64,000 nucleotides of DNA from Parvibaculaceae bacterium (GTDB lineage: Bacteria; Pseudomonadota; Alphaproteobacteria; Rhizobiales; Aestuariivirgaceae), in NCBI GenBank assembly GCA_050251035.1, contig JBFWNN010000030.1, positions 1,451-65,450 on the forward strand. The letters run 5' to 3'. The notes under the pieces are model-generated. The model was not told the DNA's origin. It made no database searches and worked only from the letters and a program-made list of their open reading frames with translations. A program made the position numbers and the translations under genes. Shown here piece by piece: positions 29,249-38,645 of the stretch; the stretch's first letter is position 1, and each line of letters opens with the position of its first letter.

Positions 29249-29962
29249 TCAGCGCCTCTGCACCCCTTCTCGGCTGATGACGAAAAAGCCGAGAAGGCCG
29301 GCGACGAAGCCGCCGAGATGCGCCTCCCATGCGATGCGGCCGCCATCGGCGAAGCCGGGCAGCCCCTGGACGCCGGTGAAGAGCGTCATGGCCAGGAAGA
29401 CGAGCATGAAGATGATGGCGCGCCGGTTGCGGAGGAACTCACTTAGGGTGAGCGGCGCGCCGGGCCTGCCGAACATGATCGGGATGGCGGCGGCGAGGAG
29501 TCCGGACACGGCCGCCGACGCGCCGACCACGACGATGAACATCCCCCAATACACCGCGAGCATGGCGAGCGCGCCGCCGAGTGTCGCTATGAGCGCTATG
29601 GCCAGAAAGCGCAGCGCCCCGAACTGCCGGGCCACCGGCGTTCCGAAGATCAAGAGCCACAGCGAGTTGAGCAGCACATGCAGCCAGCCGTCATGCAGGA
29701 AACCATAGGTGATGAGGCTCCAATATTGCGAGCCCGCCATCATAGCGGTGCCGTCACTTCCATCGAAACGCGCCGGGATGAGCGCAAAGGCATAGAGCGA
29801 CCAGATGGTCCAGTCCTGTCCGCCGAATTGAATGAGAGCATGGATGCCGATCAGGACGACAATGACCGCGAGCACCACCGGCGGGGCGTTAACCATGGGC
29901 GCGCTCCGCCGTGACCTTTCGTCAACCGGTCCGAATCCGCCTCTTTCCTCGATGTCTGGCAC
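29249..29962 (-). CDS. Rhomboid intramembrane serine protease
   Basis: FLHDGWLHVLLN, VGASAA, AWEAHLGG; start uncertain (GTG 29962 after GGGGAG). Confidence 0.88.
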   Translation of the reverse strand: MPDIEERGGFGPVDERSRRSAPMVNAPPVVLAVIVVLIGIHALIQFGGQDWTIWSLYAFALIPARFDGSDGTAMMAGSQYWSLITYGFLHDGWLHVLLNSLWLLIFGTPVARQFGALRFLAIALIATLGGALAMLAVYWGMFIVVVGASAAVSGLLAAAIPIMFGRPGAPLTLSEFLRNRRAIIFMLVFLAMTLFTGVQGLPGFADGGRIAWEAHLGGFVAGLLGFFVISREGVQRR

Positions 29963-30029
29963 GGTTGCTGCACGCTCCCCTTTCGATTGTCCACTCTTGA
30001 CACAACGGCTCACCAAGTGCGGTGCCTCT

Positions 30030-30644
30030 ATGCAGACCAGTGATACCATCCAGGCCACGGCGGCCCCAGAGGAAATGCTCCATCCGGGCAGTCGCGCCCT
30101 GTTTCGCTACTGGGAGACGATTCGCGGCGAAATGTCGGCGCCGCCACGGGATTGGCTGGACCTCCAGAAGATCCGCAGCCTCGTCCCATTCCTGTTCATG
30201 ATCGAGCGCAAACCCGGCACGGGTTATGTCTGGCGCCTCGCCGGCACACGGGTCTGCGAGTTGTGGGGCGTGGAGCTCACCGGTAAGCCGGCCCTGACGC
30301 AGGGCGAGCGCTTCGAGCGCGAGACCGTGGCGCGTCTCCTCGACGGCGTCACCGATGCCCATCAGCCTTTCGTGCTGCGCTTCCGCTTGAATTCGTCGCT
30401 GGGCATAAGCGTGGCGGCGGAGTTCGTGGGCTTGCCCTTGCGGGCCCGGAACGGCGTGGCGACCTATGTCTTCGGCGTCATCATGCCGTTTCGCGAGATC
30501 AGCCGCCCACGCCATGACCAGGTGACCGGTTTCGAGCTGTCCGCGGCGCGCACGATCTGGACCGAGCCGGTGCCGGGCGCGGTGGGCACGCCGATGAAAA
30601 ACTCGCCTCAGGCCTTCCAGATCATTAACGGCGGGCGCGGCTAG
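30030..30644 (+). CDS. PAS_5-type domain protein
   Basis: LFRYWETIRG, WRLAGTRVCELWGVELTG, C-terminal FQIINGG. Confidence 0.8.
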   Translation: MQTSDTIQATAAPEEMLHPGSRALFRYWETIRGEMSAPPRDWLDLQKIRSLVPFLFMIERKPGTGYVWRLAGTRVCELWGVELTGKPALTQGERFERETVARLLDGVTDAHQPFVLRFRLNSSLGISVAAEFVGLPLRARNGVATYVFGVIMPFREISRPRHDQVTGFELSAARTIWTEPVPGAVGTPMKNSPQAFQIINGGRG

Positions 30645-30654
30645 CGCACATGAG

Positions 30655-30670
30655 TTGAGCTTTCCTTAAC
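30655..30670. promoter_or_regulatory. CtrA-like box TTGA-N7-TTAAC upstream of the PilZ gene
   Basis: ttga gctttcc ttaac. Confidence 0.5.
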
Positions 30671-30754
30671 CACTTATTTTTAGACCTTCGCTAATGTGCC
30701 GATGCTACGCTCCGCCGGAGCAGGCATTCGAGAGAGCAAAGGGCGATACCGGCC

Positions 30755-31354
30755 GTGACGGCAAAAATCGCGACTGGCGAAGCAATTTCGTCGGCTGAGA
30801 AGTCGGCGGGACCGATGATCATGTTCGGTCGTTTCATGCTGCCCGATATGAGCGAGCACCCCTGCCAGGTGGGCGAGATCACGCCGGACGGGGCGATCTT
30901 CATCACCACCGCGGTGCCGGAAAAGGACGCCCAGATCGTCGCCTATCTCGACGAGATCGGCCGTGTCGAAGGCGTGAGCGGCGAGGCCGTTCCGGGCGGC
31001 TTCCGCATCGTTTTCTCCCATACCGGCCAGCGCAAGGAACGCTTTGCCTCCAGGCTTTCCGGCCGTTCGACCAAGAACACGACGGCCGGCACCGATCTGC
31101 GCCGTCACGCCCGCTTTGCCCCGACCGACAGCCAGTCCCATATCAGCTTGCCGGACGGGCGGATCTATCCCTGCGAGATCATCGACATTTCGCTCTCGGG
31201 TGCCGCGGTCAAGGTCGATGTCATGCCGAGCCTCGGCACTTATCTGATGCTGGGCAAGATGCGCGGCCGCATCGTGCGCTACGTGGACTCTGGCATCGCC
31301 ATCGAGTTCCTGAAGCCGCTCAATACCACTCAGCTCTCCACCCAGGTCCGCTGA
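30755..31354 (+). CDS. Tandem PilZ domain protein
   Basis: Second domain has RRHAR and DISLSGA; first domain is degenerate. Confidence 0.85.
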   Translation: MTAKIATGEAISSAEKSAGPMIMFGRFMLPDMSEHPCQVGEITPDGAIFITTAVPEKDAQIVAYLDEIGRVEGVSGEAVPGGFRIVFSHTGQRKERFASRLSGRSTKNTTAGTDLRRHARFAPTDSQSHISLPDGRIYPCEIIDISLSGAAVKVDVMPSLGTYLMLGKMRGRIVRYVDSGIAIEFLKPLNTTQLSTQVR

Positions 31355-31400
31355 CGGCGAGCCTCGCCGGGCTCCTGCCCCGCCTTCCTGTCGTGGCCTG

Positions 31401-31408
31401 ATGGTTAA
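31401..31408. promoter_or_regulatory. CtrA half-site (TTAACCAT on minus strand)
   Basis: atggttaa in the AT-rich region upstream of the BTLCP gene. Confidence 0.45.
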
Positions 31409-31535
31409 TAGTCATCATCCGTAACCTTTCTATTTTATTATTATATTTCAGAGAGTTGCACTGATAAACTGAACGCGATCTCAAAGCCTTGCCGCTAGTC
31501 TGACGCCCAACGATAAGGGGAATGGACGTCAAACA

Positions 31536-32183
31536 ATGACTATCTTGGCAAGACTCGGGGGAGTTGCGCTCGGATTGGTCTGCATGATCGGCGCAGCGCA
31601 AGCCGTCGAAGCAGACCTCGCCCGGGCAGAATCCGCGATCGAACAATTTGCGACCGTCTACGGCAAGGCATTGCCGCCGATCGGCTATGTGGAAATGTGC
31701 GCCCGCGAGCCGAAGGAGTGCCAGGCGCTCGGCGGCCGAAGGACGCGCCTGCCGCTGTCGCCGGAGCGCTGGAACCTGATCTATCAGGTCAATGCCTTCG
31801 TGAACGGCAAGATCGCGCCGGTGAGCGATGAGGAGCTTTATGGGAAGCCGGAATACTGGACCTTCCCGACCGATGCCGGCGACTGCGAAGACTATCTGCT
31901 GCTCAAGAAGCGCTATCTCGAGGGCCTGGGCTTTCCGACGACGGCGCTCCTGATCACCGTCGTGCTTGACGAGAAGATGCAGGGCCATGCCGTGCTGACG
32001 ATCACCACCGACAAGGGCGATTTCGTCCTCGACAATCGCCGCAACGACGTCCTGCGCTGGAACGACACCGGCTACACCTACCTCAAGCGCCAGTCGGCGG
32101 AGGATCCGCGCCAGTGGGTGTCGCTCAGCAAGAAGGCGCCCACGCACAATGGCACGGTTTCGGCCGGCAGCGCGCGCCAGTGA
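31536..32183 (+). CDS. Transglutaminase-like cysteine proteinase BTLCP (DUF920/LapG-like)
   Basis: Signal peptide; GDCEDY, GHAVL, FVLDN Cys-His-Asp triad. Confidence 0.92.
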   Translation: MTILARLGGVALGLVCMIGAAQAVEADLARAESAIEQFATVYGKALPPIGYVEMCAREPKECQALGGRRTRLPLSPERWNLIYQVNAFVNGKIAPVSDEELYGKPEYWTFPTDAGDCEDYLLLKKRYLEGLGFPTTALLITVVLDEKMQGHAVLTITTDKGDFVLDNRRNDVLRWNDTGYTYLKRQSAEDPRQWVSLSKKAPTHNGTVSAGSARQ

Positions 32184-32204
32184 ACGGATGATATTGGGAG
32201 CTAC

Positions 32205-32284
32205 GGCCCGGTCGGCGTCCCCCTCCCCATCCCCCACCAGACCGGGTCCGAGGAGCCGGCTCAGTCCCACCCTGAGCCGGCTCC
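32205..32284 (+). ncRNA. Candidate structured RNA: two hairpins with C-rich loops
   Basis: ggcccggtc/gaccgggtc stem with cccctcccc loop; perfect 13-bp ggagccggctcag/ctgagccggctcc stem with tcccacc loop. Confidence 0.45.
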
Positions 32285-32393
32285 GACTACTTGTGGCCGG
32301 GCTTGATCCGACATCCAGCGGACAAGCCGATGAGCAACAAAGTAGAGCGCCGGGAATATCCCACGGGAACGCGTCGTGCTCTGAAGTGGATCG

Positions 32394-32930
32394 CTATTCG
32401 TCCGACTGCTCGCGCATGCCGGCGGCGAAGCGGCGCCAGTTCTTCACATAGTTCCTGGCCGAGCGCGTCAGTTGCTCGGCCATTTCCGCCGACACCTCGC
32501 GCACGATCTTGCCGGGCGCGCCCATGACCAGCGAATTGTCGGGGATGATCTTGCCTTCCGGGATCAGCGCATGGGCGCCGATCAGGCAGTTGCGCCCGAT
32601 CTTGGTGTGATTGAGGATCGTCGCGCCCATGCCGATGAGCGTGTTGTCGCCGATCGTGCAGCCATGCAGGATGGCCTGGTGGCCGATGGTGCAGTTGCGC
32701 CCGACGGTCAGCGGCGCGCCCATGTCGGTATGCAGCACGCAGCCGTCTTGGATGTTGCTGCCTTCGCCGATATGGATGAGCTCGTTGTCGCCGCGCAGCA
32801 CGGCGCCGAACCAGACGCCGACGTCGCGATCGAGCTTGACTTTGCCGACCACCACCGCGTTGGGCGCGATCCAATAGTCATTCTCGGGCGGAAGCTCCGG
32901 CAATGTGCCGTCGAGCGAATAGACCGTCAT
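32394..32930 (-). CDS. Gamma carbonic anhydrase family protein
   Basis: [28 protein letters not shown] hexapeptide repeats. Confidence 0.92.
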   Translation of the reverse strand: MTVYSLDGTLPELPPENDYWIAPNAVVVGKVKLDRDVGVWFGAVLRGDNELIHIGEGSNIQDGCVLHTDMGAPLTVGRNCTIGHQAILHGCTIGDNTLIGMGATILNHTKIGRNCLIGAHALIPEGKIIPDNSLVMGAPGKIVREVSAEMAEQLTRSARNYVKNWRRFAAGMREQSDE

Positions 32931-33034
32931 GCGCCGACTCTCTTTCCTTCATCCGACGTGAGTGAACTATAGCTCATGATCCGCAAAAAGGATTCCGGTT
33001 TCTTGACGTGTCAAGGCCCAGTTGCCAACCCGCT

Positions 33035-34744
33035 TCACATGGCTCGGCGAACGGCGGCGACGGCGTCCTCGAGGCGCGCCAGGATCGTGACCGCGGGCGA
33101 GGAGACGCCGTGGTTCGCGAGCTCCTTGCGGACATCGAACGAGGCGCCGGTCACATAGACCTTGACGCCGTGACGCGCCGCCTTGCGCACGACGCCGGCG
33201 ATGACATTGGCGCCGGTGGAATCGAGGAAAGGCACGGTCGAGAAATCGAGCACCAGGTTCTTGTGCTGGTCGGCGATGCGTTCGAGCGCCGCGCCGACCG
33301 TTGAGGCCGCGCCGAAGAAGAAGGCGCCGCTGATGCGATAGACGACGACGTCGGGATCGCTGGCAAGGCTCGCATCATAGGGTTTGCGGGTGCCGGCGAG
33401 ATCGGGAAGGTCGTCGGCGGCGAGCGGCCCATGAAACTCGACGCGGGTCATATGCGCCATGCGGTTGATGAAGATGAAGGCGCCGATGGCCGAGCCGACG
33501 ACGATGCCCTCGGTCAGGTCGCGGAAGATGGTGAGCAGGAAGGTGGCGGCAAGGATGGCGGCATCGCCCCATGAGGATCGCATCAGTGTCGCGAAAGCAT
33601 GCTTTTCCGCCATGTTCCAGGCGACGACGGCCAGCACCGCCGCCAGCGCTGCAAGGGGGATGTAGCTCGCCAGCGGCGCCGCCAGCAGCATGAAGATCAG
33701 GAGAAAGGCCGAATGGAACATTCCCGCAAAGGGGCCGCGCGCGCCCGCCCGCACATTGGTCGCGGTGCGCGCGATCGTGCCCGTGGCGACGATGCCGCCG
33801 AACAGGCCGGAGGCGATATTGGCGAAACCTTGCGCCACCAATTCGCAGTTCGAGCGGTGGCGGCGGCCGGTCATGCCGTCGGCGACGACCGCCGAAAGCA
33901 GGGACTCGATCGCGCCCAGGAGCGCGAAGGCCATTGCATCCGGCAGCACCGCCTGCAGCTTGTCCAGAGACAGGGGCGGCAGCTGCGGCGCCGGAAGTGT
34001 CGAGGGAATGCCGCCGAAGCGCGTGCCGATGGTTTCGATCGGCAAGGCCAGGGCATAGGCCGCGATCGCCGCCAGGACGACGGCGATGAGGATGTTCGGC
34101 CAATGCGGGCGCACATGCTTGAGGCCGACCATCACCACGATGCCTCCCAGGGCGACGGCGAAAGCGGCGGGATTGATGGTGTCGAGCACGCCCCACAAGG
34201 CCTCGAGCTTGGGAACGAGGGCGCCGGGCTCATGCGCGAGCGTCAGGCCCAGGAGGTCGTGGATCTGGCTGGCGAAGATGATGACCGCGATGCCGGCGGT
34301 GAAGCCGACGGTGACCGGATAGGGAATGAACTTGATGTAGGTGCCGAGCCGCAGATAGCCGGCGGCGACGAGGAACAGTCCCGCCATGACGACGGCGAGC
34401 ACCAGGCCGTCGACGCCGTGGCGCTCGGCCGTGGCCGCGACGAGCACGATGAAGGCACCCGCCGGACCGCCGATCTGGAAACGGCTGCCGCCCAGGAGCG
34501 AGATCACGAAGCCGCCGACGATGGCGGTGTAGAGGCCGCGATCCGGCGTGACGCCCGAACCGATGGCGATCGCCATGGACAGCGGCAAGGCGACGATGGC
34601 GACGGTGAGGCCCGCCATGACATCGGCGCGCAGATCGGCAAGGCCGTAGCGTTCGCGCAATACGGTGACGAGCTTGGGCGTGAACAGCTCTATGAAGCTC
34701 GGAGCCGGCATGGCCGGCGGTGTCTTTTCCGACCAATCCGTCAT
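33035..34744 (-). CDS. SulP family anion transporter with STAS domain
   Basis: AGLTVAIVALPLSMA, QIGGPAGAF, GAIESLLSA, PFLDSTG. Confidence 0.95.
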   Translation of the reverse strand: MTDWSEKTPPAMPAPSFIELFTPKLVTVLRERYGLADLRADVMAGLTVAIVALPLSMAIAIGSGVTPDRGLYTAIVGGFVISLLGGSRFQIGGPAGAFIVLVAATAERHGVDGLVLAVVMAGLFLVAAGYLRLGTYIKFIPYPVTVGFTAGIAVIIFASQIHDLLGLTLAHEPGALVPKLEALWGVLDTINPAAFAVALGGIVVMVGLKHVRPHWPNILIAVVLAAIAAYALALPIETIGTRFGGIPSTLPAPQLPPLSLDKLQAVLPDAMAFALLGAIESLLSAVVADGMTGRRHRSNCELVAQGFANIASGLFGGIVATGTIARTATNVRAGARGPFAGMFHSAFLLIFMLLAAPLASYIPLAALAAVLAVVAWNMAEKHAFATLMRSSWGDAAILAATFLLTIFRDLTEGIVVGSAIGAFIFINRMAHMTRVEFHGPLAADDLPDLAGTRKPYDASLASDPDVVVYRISGAFFFGAASTVGAALERIADQHKNLVLDFSTVPFLDSTGANVIAGVVRKAARHGVKVYVTGASFDVRKELANHGVSSPAVTILARLEDAVAAVRRAM

Positions 34745-34765
34745 TCGCCGCCGCCGTGAACGTCC

Positions 34766-34975
34766 TTATTCCAGGTCGAAATCGAGGATGGCCATGTTGA
34801 AATTGTACGAGAGCTCGCCATCTTCATCGTCGCGGAAGATCACGCCGATGAACTCGTCCCCGATATAGACCTCCGCTGAATCGGCCTTTTGCGGACGCTT
34901 GCGGACCTCGATATTGGCGAGCTGGAACTTGCTCCGGAAAAACCGGGTGAGCTTCTTTATTTCATCGGGTTGCAC
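34766..34975 (-). CDS. DUF3126 family protein
   Basis: DSAEVYIGDEFIGVI...SYNFNMAILDFDL; GTG start 34975. Confidence 0.85.
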   Translation of the reverse strand: MQPDEIKKLTRFFRSKFQLANIEVRKRPQKADSAEVYIGDEFIGVIFRDDEDGELSYNFNMAILDFDLE

Positions 34976-35095
34976 GCAAGCGTTCCTTGTCTGGAGCATC
35001 GGAGAAGCGCGGAAGCTTCCGGCCGATTCTCTTCGAACGCCCGGCGCTCCGGGCGCTCTCCAAGGTCTACTCCGACCATGAAAGGCAAGACAAGC

Positions 35096-35926
35096 CTATT
35101 CTGAATCGCGCGGACTGTCGGTTTTGAGCTGGTGGTCCATGACCCGGGACGGCTCTTCGCAGCCGGCATAGCCCACGACCTTGGCCGGCACGCCGGCGAC
35201 GGTACGGTTGGGCGGCACGTCATGCAGCACGACCGAGCCCGCAGCGACCCTCGAGCAATGGCCGATCTCGATATTGCCGAGAATCTTGGCGCCGGCGCCG
35301 ATGAGGACGCCCTGCCGGATCTTCGGATGCCGGTCGCCGGTTTCCTTGCCGGTGCCGCCGAGTGTCACATCCTGCATCAGCGAGACATTGTCCTCGACCA
35401 CCGCCGTCTCACCGATGACGATGCCATGCGCGTGATCGATGAAGATGCCGCGCCCAAGGCGCGCCGCCGGGTGGATGTCGACGCTGTAGACGACCGAGGC
35501 ACGGCTCTGCAGGTAATAAGCGAAGTCGCGGCGATCCATCTTCCACAACTGATGCGCCATGCGATGCGTCTGCACCGCTTGGAAGCCCTTGAAGTAGAGC
35601 AAGGGCTCGAGATAGCGGTTGCAGGCGGGATCGCGGTCGTGCACCGCCACCACATCGGCGCGCATCGCATCGCCGATCGCGGGATCGGCATCGAGCGCGT
35701 CCTGGAAGGCCTGCTGGATCAGCTCGACGGTGAGCGCATTGGCCATCCTCTGCGCCAGGCGGTGCATCACCGCGTCCTCGAAGCGCGGCTGGTTGAGCAC
35801 CGCGCCGAAGATGAAGCCGCCGAGGCTCGGATCCTTGCGCGCCGCTTCCTGTGCTTCATCGCGGATGCGGTCCCACACCGGATCGAGGCTGACGACGGAT
35901 TGCGGATGTGTCGATTGACGCGCCAT
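35096..35926 (-). CDS. cysE: Serine O-acetyltransferase
   Basis: DRDPAC, YFKGF, DIHPAA, DHAHG, TLGGTGKETGDRHPK; start ATG 35926. Confidence 0.96.
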   Translation of the reverse strand: MARQSTHPQSVVSLDPVWDRIRDEAQEAARKDPSLGGFIFGAVLNQPRFEDAVMHRLAQRMANALTVELIQQAFQDALDADPAIGDAMRADVVAVHDRDPACNRYLEPLLYFKGFQAVQTHRMAHQLWKMDRRDFAYYLQSRASVVYSVDIHPAARLGRGIFIDHAHGIVIGETAVVEDNVSLMQDVTLGGTGKETGDRHPKIRQGVLIGAGAKILGNIEIGHCSRVAAGSVVLHDVPPNRTVAGVPAKVVGYAGCEEPSRVMDHQLKTDSPRDSE

Positions 35927-36039
35927 CGGGTCTTCTCCATTTTGCGGGCTTATCCTACGCCACTGGCTGGGAAATGGGGAGCATTCCTTGGAATGCAACA
36001 GCATTGCGTTAACGGCAGGGCTCTGATAGCCCGCCTTTT

Positions 36040-36834
36040 ATGATCGAACTCGCTTCCCCTACCCCTCATGTGAAGGCCTGGCGCGACGGCAGAGTGGGCC
36101 ATCTGCTGCTCGACCGGCCCGAGCGCCGCAACGCGCTCAACCGCGCCATGTGGGCGGCCCTGCCAGGACTGGTCGCGGCGCTTGATGATGACCCCGGGAC
36201 GCGTGTCCTGGTGGTGAGCGGCGCGGGCCCGGACGCCTTCGCAGCCGGCGCCGATATCGGTGAATTCGCCGCAGGCCGCGCCAATCCGGACCAGGCGAAA
36301 GATTATGAGGCCCTCAACGGCCAAGCCTTCGCCGCCTTGCGGAACACCGCCAAGCCCGTCATCGCTATGATCCACGGCTTCTGCATCGGCGGCGGGTTTG
36401 CTCTGGCGCTCGCCGCGGATTTGCGGATCGCCGCCGCCAACGCGGTCTTCTCGCTGCCTCCCGCCCGGCTCGGCCTCGCCTATCCGATCGAAGGCCTGCG
36501 CGACCTCCTGCATTCGGTGTCGCCCGCTTTCGCCAAGGAGATGCTGTTCACGGCGCGGCGCTTCACGGCGGACGAGGCCCTGCGGGCCGGATTGGTCCAT
36601 CGGGTCGTCGCCACCGACCTTCTGGCCGAGAAGGTGGCGGAGCTCTGCGCCGAGATCGGCGACAACGCGCCCCTCACCATAAAGGCCTCGAAGCGGGCCA
36701 TCGACAGCCTGGCGGGCCGGCCGGTTCCCGACGATCCCGCCCGCCTGGCCAGCCTCTGCTTCGCCAGCGCCGATTATGCCGAGGGCCAGCGCGCTTTTCT
36801 GGAGAAGCGCAAGCCACGCTTCACCGGCAGCTGA
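36040..36834 (+). CDS. Enoyl-CoA hydratase/isomerase family protein
   Basis: FAAGADI, KPVIAMIHGFCIGGG, FLEKRKPRF. Confidence 0.92.
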   Translation: MIELASPTPHVKAWRDGRVGHLLLDRPERRNALNRAMWAALPGLVAALDDDPGTRVLVVSGAGPDAFAAGADIGEFAAGRANPDQAKDYEALNGQAFAALRNTAKPVIAMIHGFCIGGGFALALAADLRIAAANAVFSLPPARLGLAYPIEGLRDLLHSVSPAFAKEMLFTARRFTADEALRAGLVHRVVATDLLAEKVAELCAEIGDNAPLTIKASKRAIDSLAGRPVPDDPARLASLCFASADYAEGQRAFLEKRKPRFTGS

Positions 36835-36856
36835 TTCCAGATCTCAGGACACTAAC

Positions 36857-37609
36857 CTAAGCTATTGAACTGAAAAACCTTATCACCGCCTCCTTGTGTT
36901 GGCGGTCGCCCACGGCATTCATGTGGTTGCGCCGCGGCAGCACCACGCCCTGGGCGCCGGGAATGGCATCGACCAGGGGCTGGACGGCGCCGGCGATGTC
37001 GTCCGCCTCGCCCGCCACGACCAGCACGGGCACGTTGATGTCCTGGAGCTCGGCCGGCGAGATCTTCTGCCGTTCCGAGCGCATGCAGGCCGCCAACGCC
37101 TTGAGATCGCTCCCGGTCTGCTCGGCGAAGAGGCGGAAGACCCGGGCGCCGGGATCGCCGACATCGTCCACGGATGCCGCTTCGAGGGCGAGCGCGATCG
37201 GCTCCGATCCGCCGAACCCCTTGATCATGTTCTCGGCGAGCCCGGCGAAGACGGCGGCGCGGACGCGCCCCGGATGGGTGATGGTCAGGAAGGCGGCGAT
37301 CCGGGCGCCCATGGAATAGCCCATGACCAGGGTTTGCGGGATGCCGAGATGATCGAGCAGCCGGCGTGCATCTTCCGCCATGACCGGGGCCGGATAGGCG
37401 GCCTCGTCATAAAGCTTGGTGCTGAGGCCATGGCCGCGATTATCGAAGGTGATCGCTTGGTAGCCCGCGTCATTGAGGGTCTTCACCCAGCCCGTGTCCC
37501 ACCAATTGACGCGGGCATTGGAGGCGAAGCCATGGATGAGCAGGACGGGCGCCCCCTCCCCGGTGACCTCATAGGAAATATCGGCGATGTCGGAGCGGAA
37601 ACTCGGCAT
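36857..37609 (-). CDS. Alpha/beta hydrolase
   Basis: LIHGF, FDNRGHG, GYSMG nucleophile elbow. Confidence 0.9.
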   Translation of the reverse strand: MPSFRSDIADISYEVTGEGAPVLLIHGFASNARVNWWDTGWVKTLNDAGYQAITFDNRGHGLSTKLYDEAAYPAPVMAEDARRLLDHLGIPQTLVMGYSMGARIAAFLTITHPGRVRAAVFAGLAENMIKGFGGSEPIALALEAASVDDVGDPGARVFRLFAEQTGSDLKALAACMRSERQKISPAELQDINVPVLVVAGEADDIAGAVQPLVDAIPGAQGVVLPRRNHMNAVGDRQHKEAVIRFFSSIA

Positions 37610-37683
37610 ATGCCCTCATGCTTTGCGGGGGCCGCAAGATATGCTATTCGCGCAGCCTAACAAGCGAAAACAAGGGATACGAC

Positions 37684-37929
37684 ATGGCGTCGGGCTCCAC
37701 TCCGCATTTCCATAACAGCGCCGGCGTGCCGGCCATCGAGATCGGCACCAGGGAATTCATGTGCATCGGCGCCAAGCCGCCCTATGACCACCCGCATATC
37801 TTCATCGACATGGGCGACGACCAGGAAACCGTCTGTCCCTATTGTTCGACACTCTATAAGTACAATGCCAAGCTTGCCGCGGCGGAATCGAAGCCGGCCG
37901 ACGCCTTGTGGACCGACAAGGCCGCCTGA
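37684..37929 (+). CDS. Zinc-finger (zf-CHCC) protein
   Basis: C...DHPHIF...CPYC. Confidence 0.85.
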   Translation: MASGSTPHFHNSAGVPAIEIGTREFMCIGAKPPYDHPHIFIDMGDDQETVCPYCSTLYKYNAKLAAAESKPADALWTDKAA

Positions 37930-38106
37930 TCAGCGCGATGTGAGATTATCCGCGGCCGGCTCGGCCTGAGCTGCCGTCGTTTTCGCGACCATGCCCTGAT
38001 CGAGCTTGCTCTGCCCCGGCAGGCAGGCGGCGCAACCCGACAGCGCCGTCAGGCAGACAAGGGCAATGAGGATGCGGGGAGACACCAGGCTGCCGCAAAC
38101 TGACAT
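37930..38106 (-). CDS. Possible small lipoprotein
   Basis: RILIALVCLTALSGC lipobox-like signal; fills an otherwise empty gap. Confidence 0.35.
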   Translation of the reverse strand: MSVCGSLVSPRILIALVCLTALSGCAACLPGQSKLDQGMVAKTTAAQAEPAADNLTSR

Positions 38107-38165
38107 CGGGATTTGCCATTGTCCAGCTTGATTTCGGAAAGCGCTCACGGCACGGTCCCGCCCCC

Positions 38166-38645
38166 ATGGTCCAGATCAGAGAATATCGGGAATCCGACAC
38201 GCCGGCGCTGATCGCGCTGATTCGCGAGCTGCAGGCGGGCGAGGTCGAGCTTTACGACCGCATGAAGCCCGCCGCCGACATGGGCCGGTGGTATATCGAT
38301 CTCCTCCAGAAGAAATGCGCCGAGGATGCGGGCGTCATCCTCATCGCCGAGGAGAACGGCCAGGCGCTCGGCTATGCCGTCATCCTCACCCGCTCGGTCG
38401 AGGACGGCACCGGGGACGAGATCGCCTATGACTATGCCTATGTCGTCGACCTCGCGGTGGCGCCCGCGGCGCGCCGGCGCGGCATCGGCCGCATGCTGCT
38501 CGAGGATTGCGAAAGACGCGCGCGCGACGCCGGCCGCGACGATCTGCGCATCACCGTGCTGGCCCGCAATGCGGGCGCGCATGCGCTCTACCGCGCCTTC
38601 GGCTTCGACGACCTCCTGGTCGACATGCGCAAGGTCCTCAAATGA
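38166..38645 (+). CDS. GNAT acetyltransferase
   Basis: LAVAPAARRRGIG, NAGAHALYRAFGF. Confidence 0.9.
   Translation: MVQIREYRESDTPALIALIRELQAGEVELYDRMKPAADMGRWYIDLLQKKCAEDAGVILIAEENGQALGYAVILTRSVEDGTGDEIAYDYAYVVDLAVAPAARRRGIGRMLLEDCERRARDAGRDDLRITVLARNAGAHALYRAFGFDDLLVDMRKVLK

Noticed and set aside
29889-29896. TTAACCAT CtrA half-site
   Set aside because: Lies inside the rhomboid coding sequence (Met-Val-Asn codons), so it may be coincidental.
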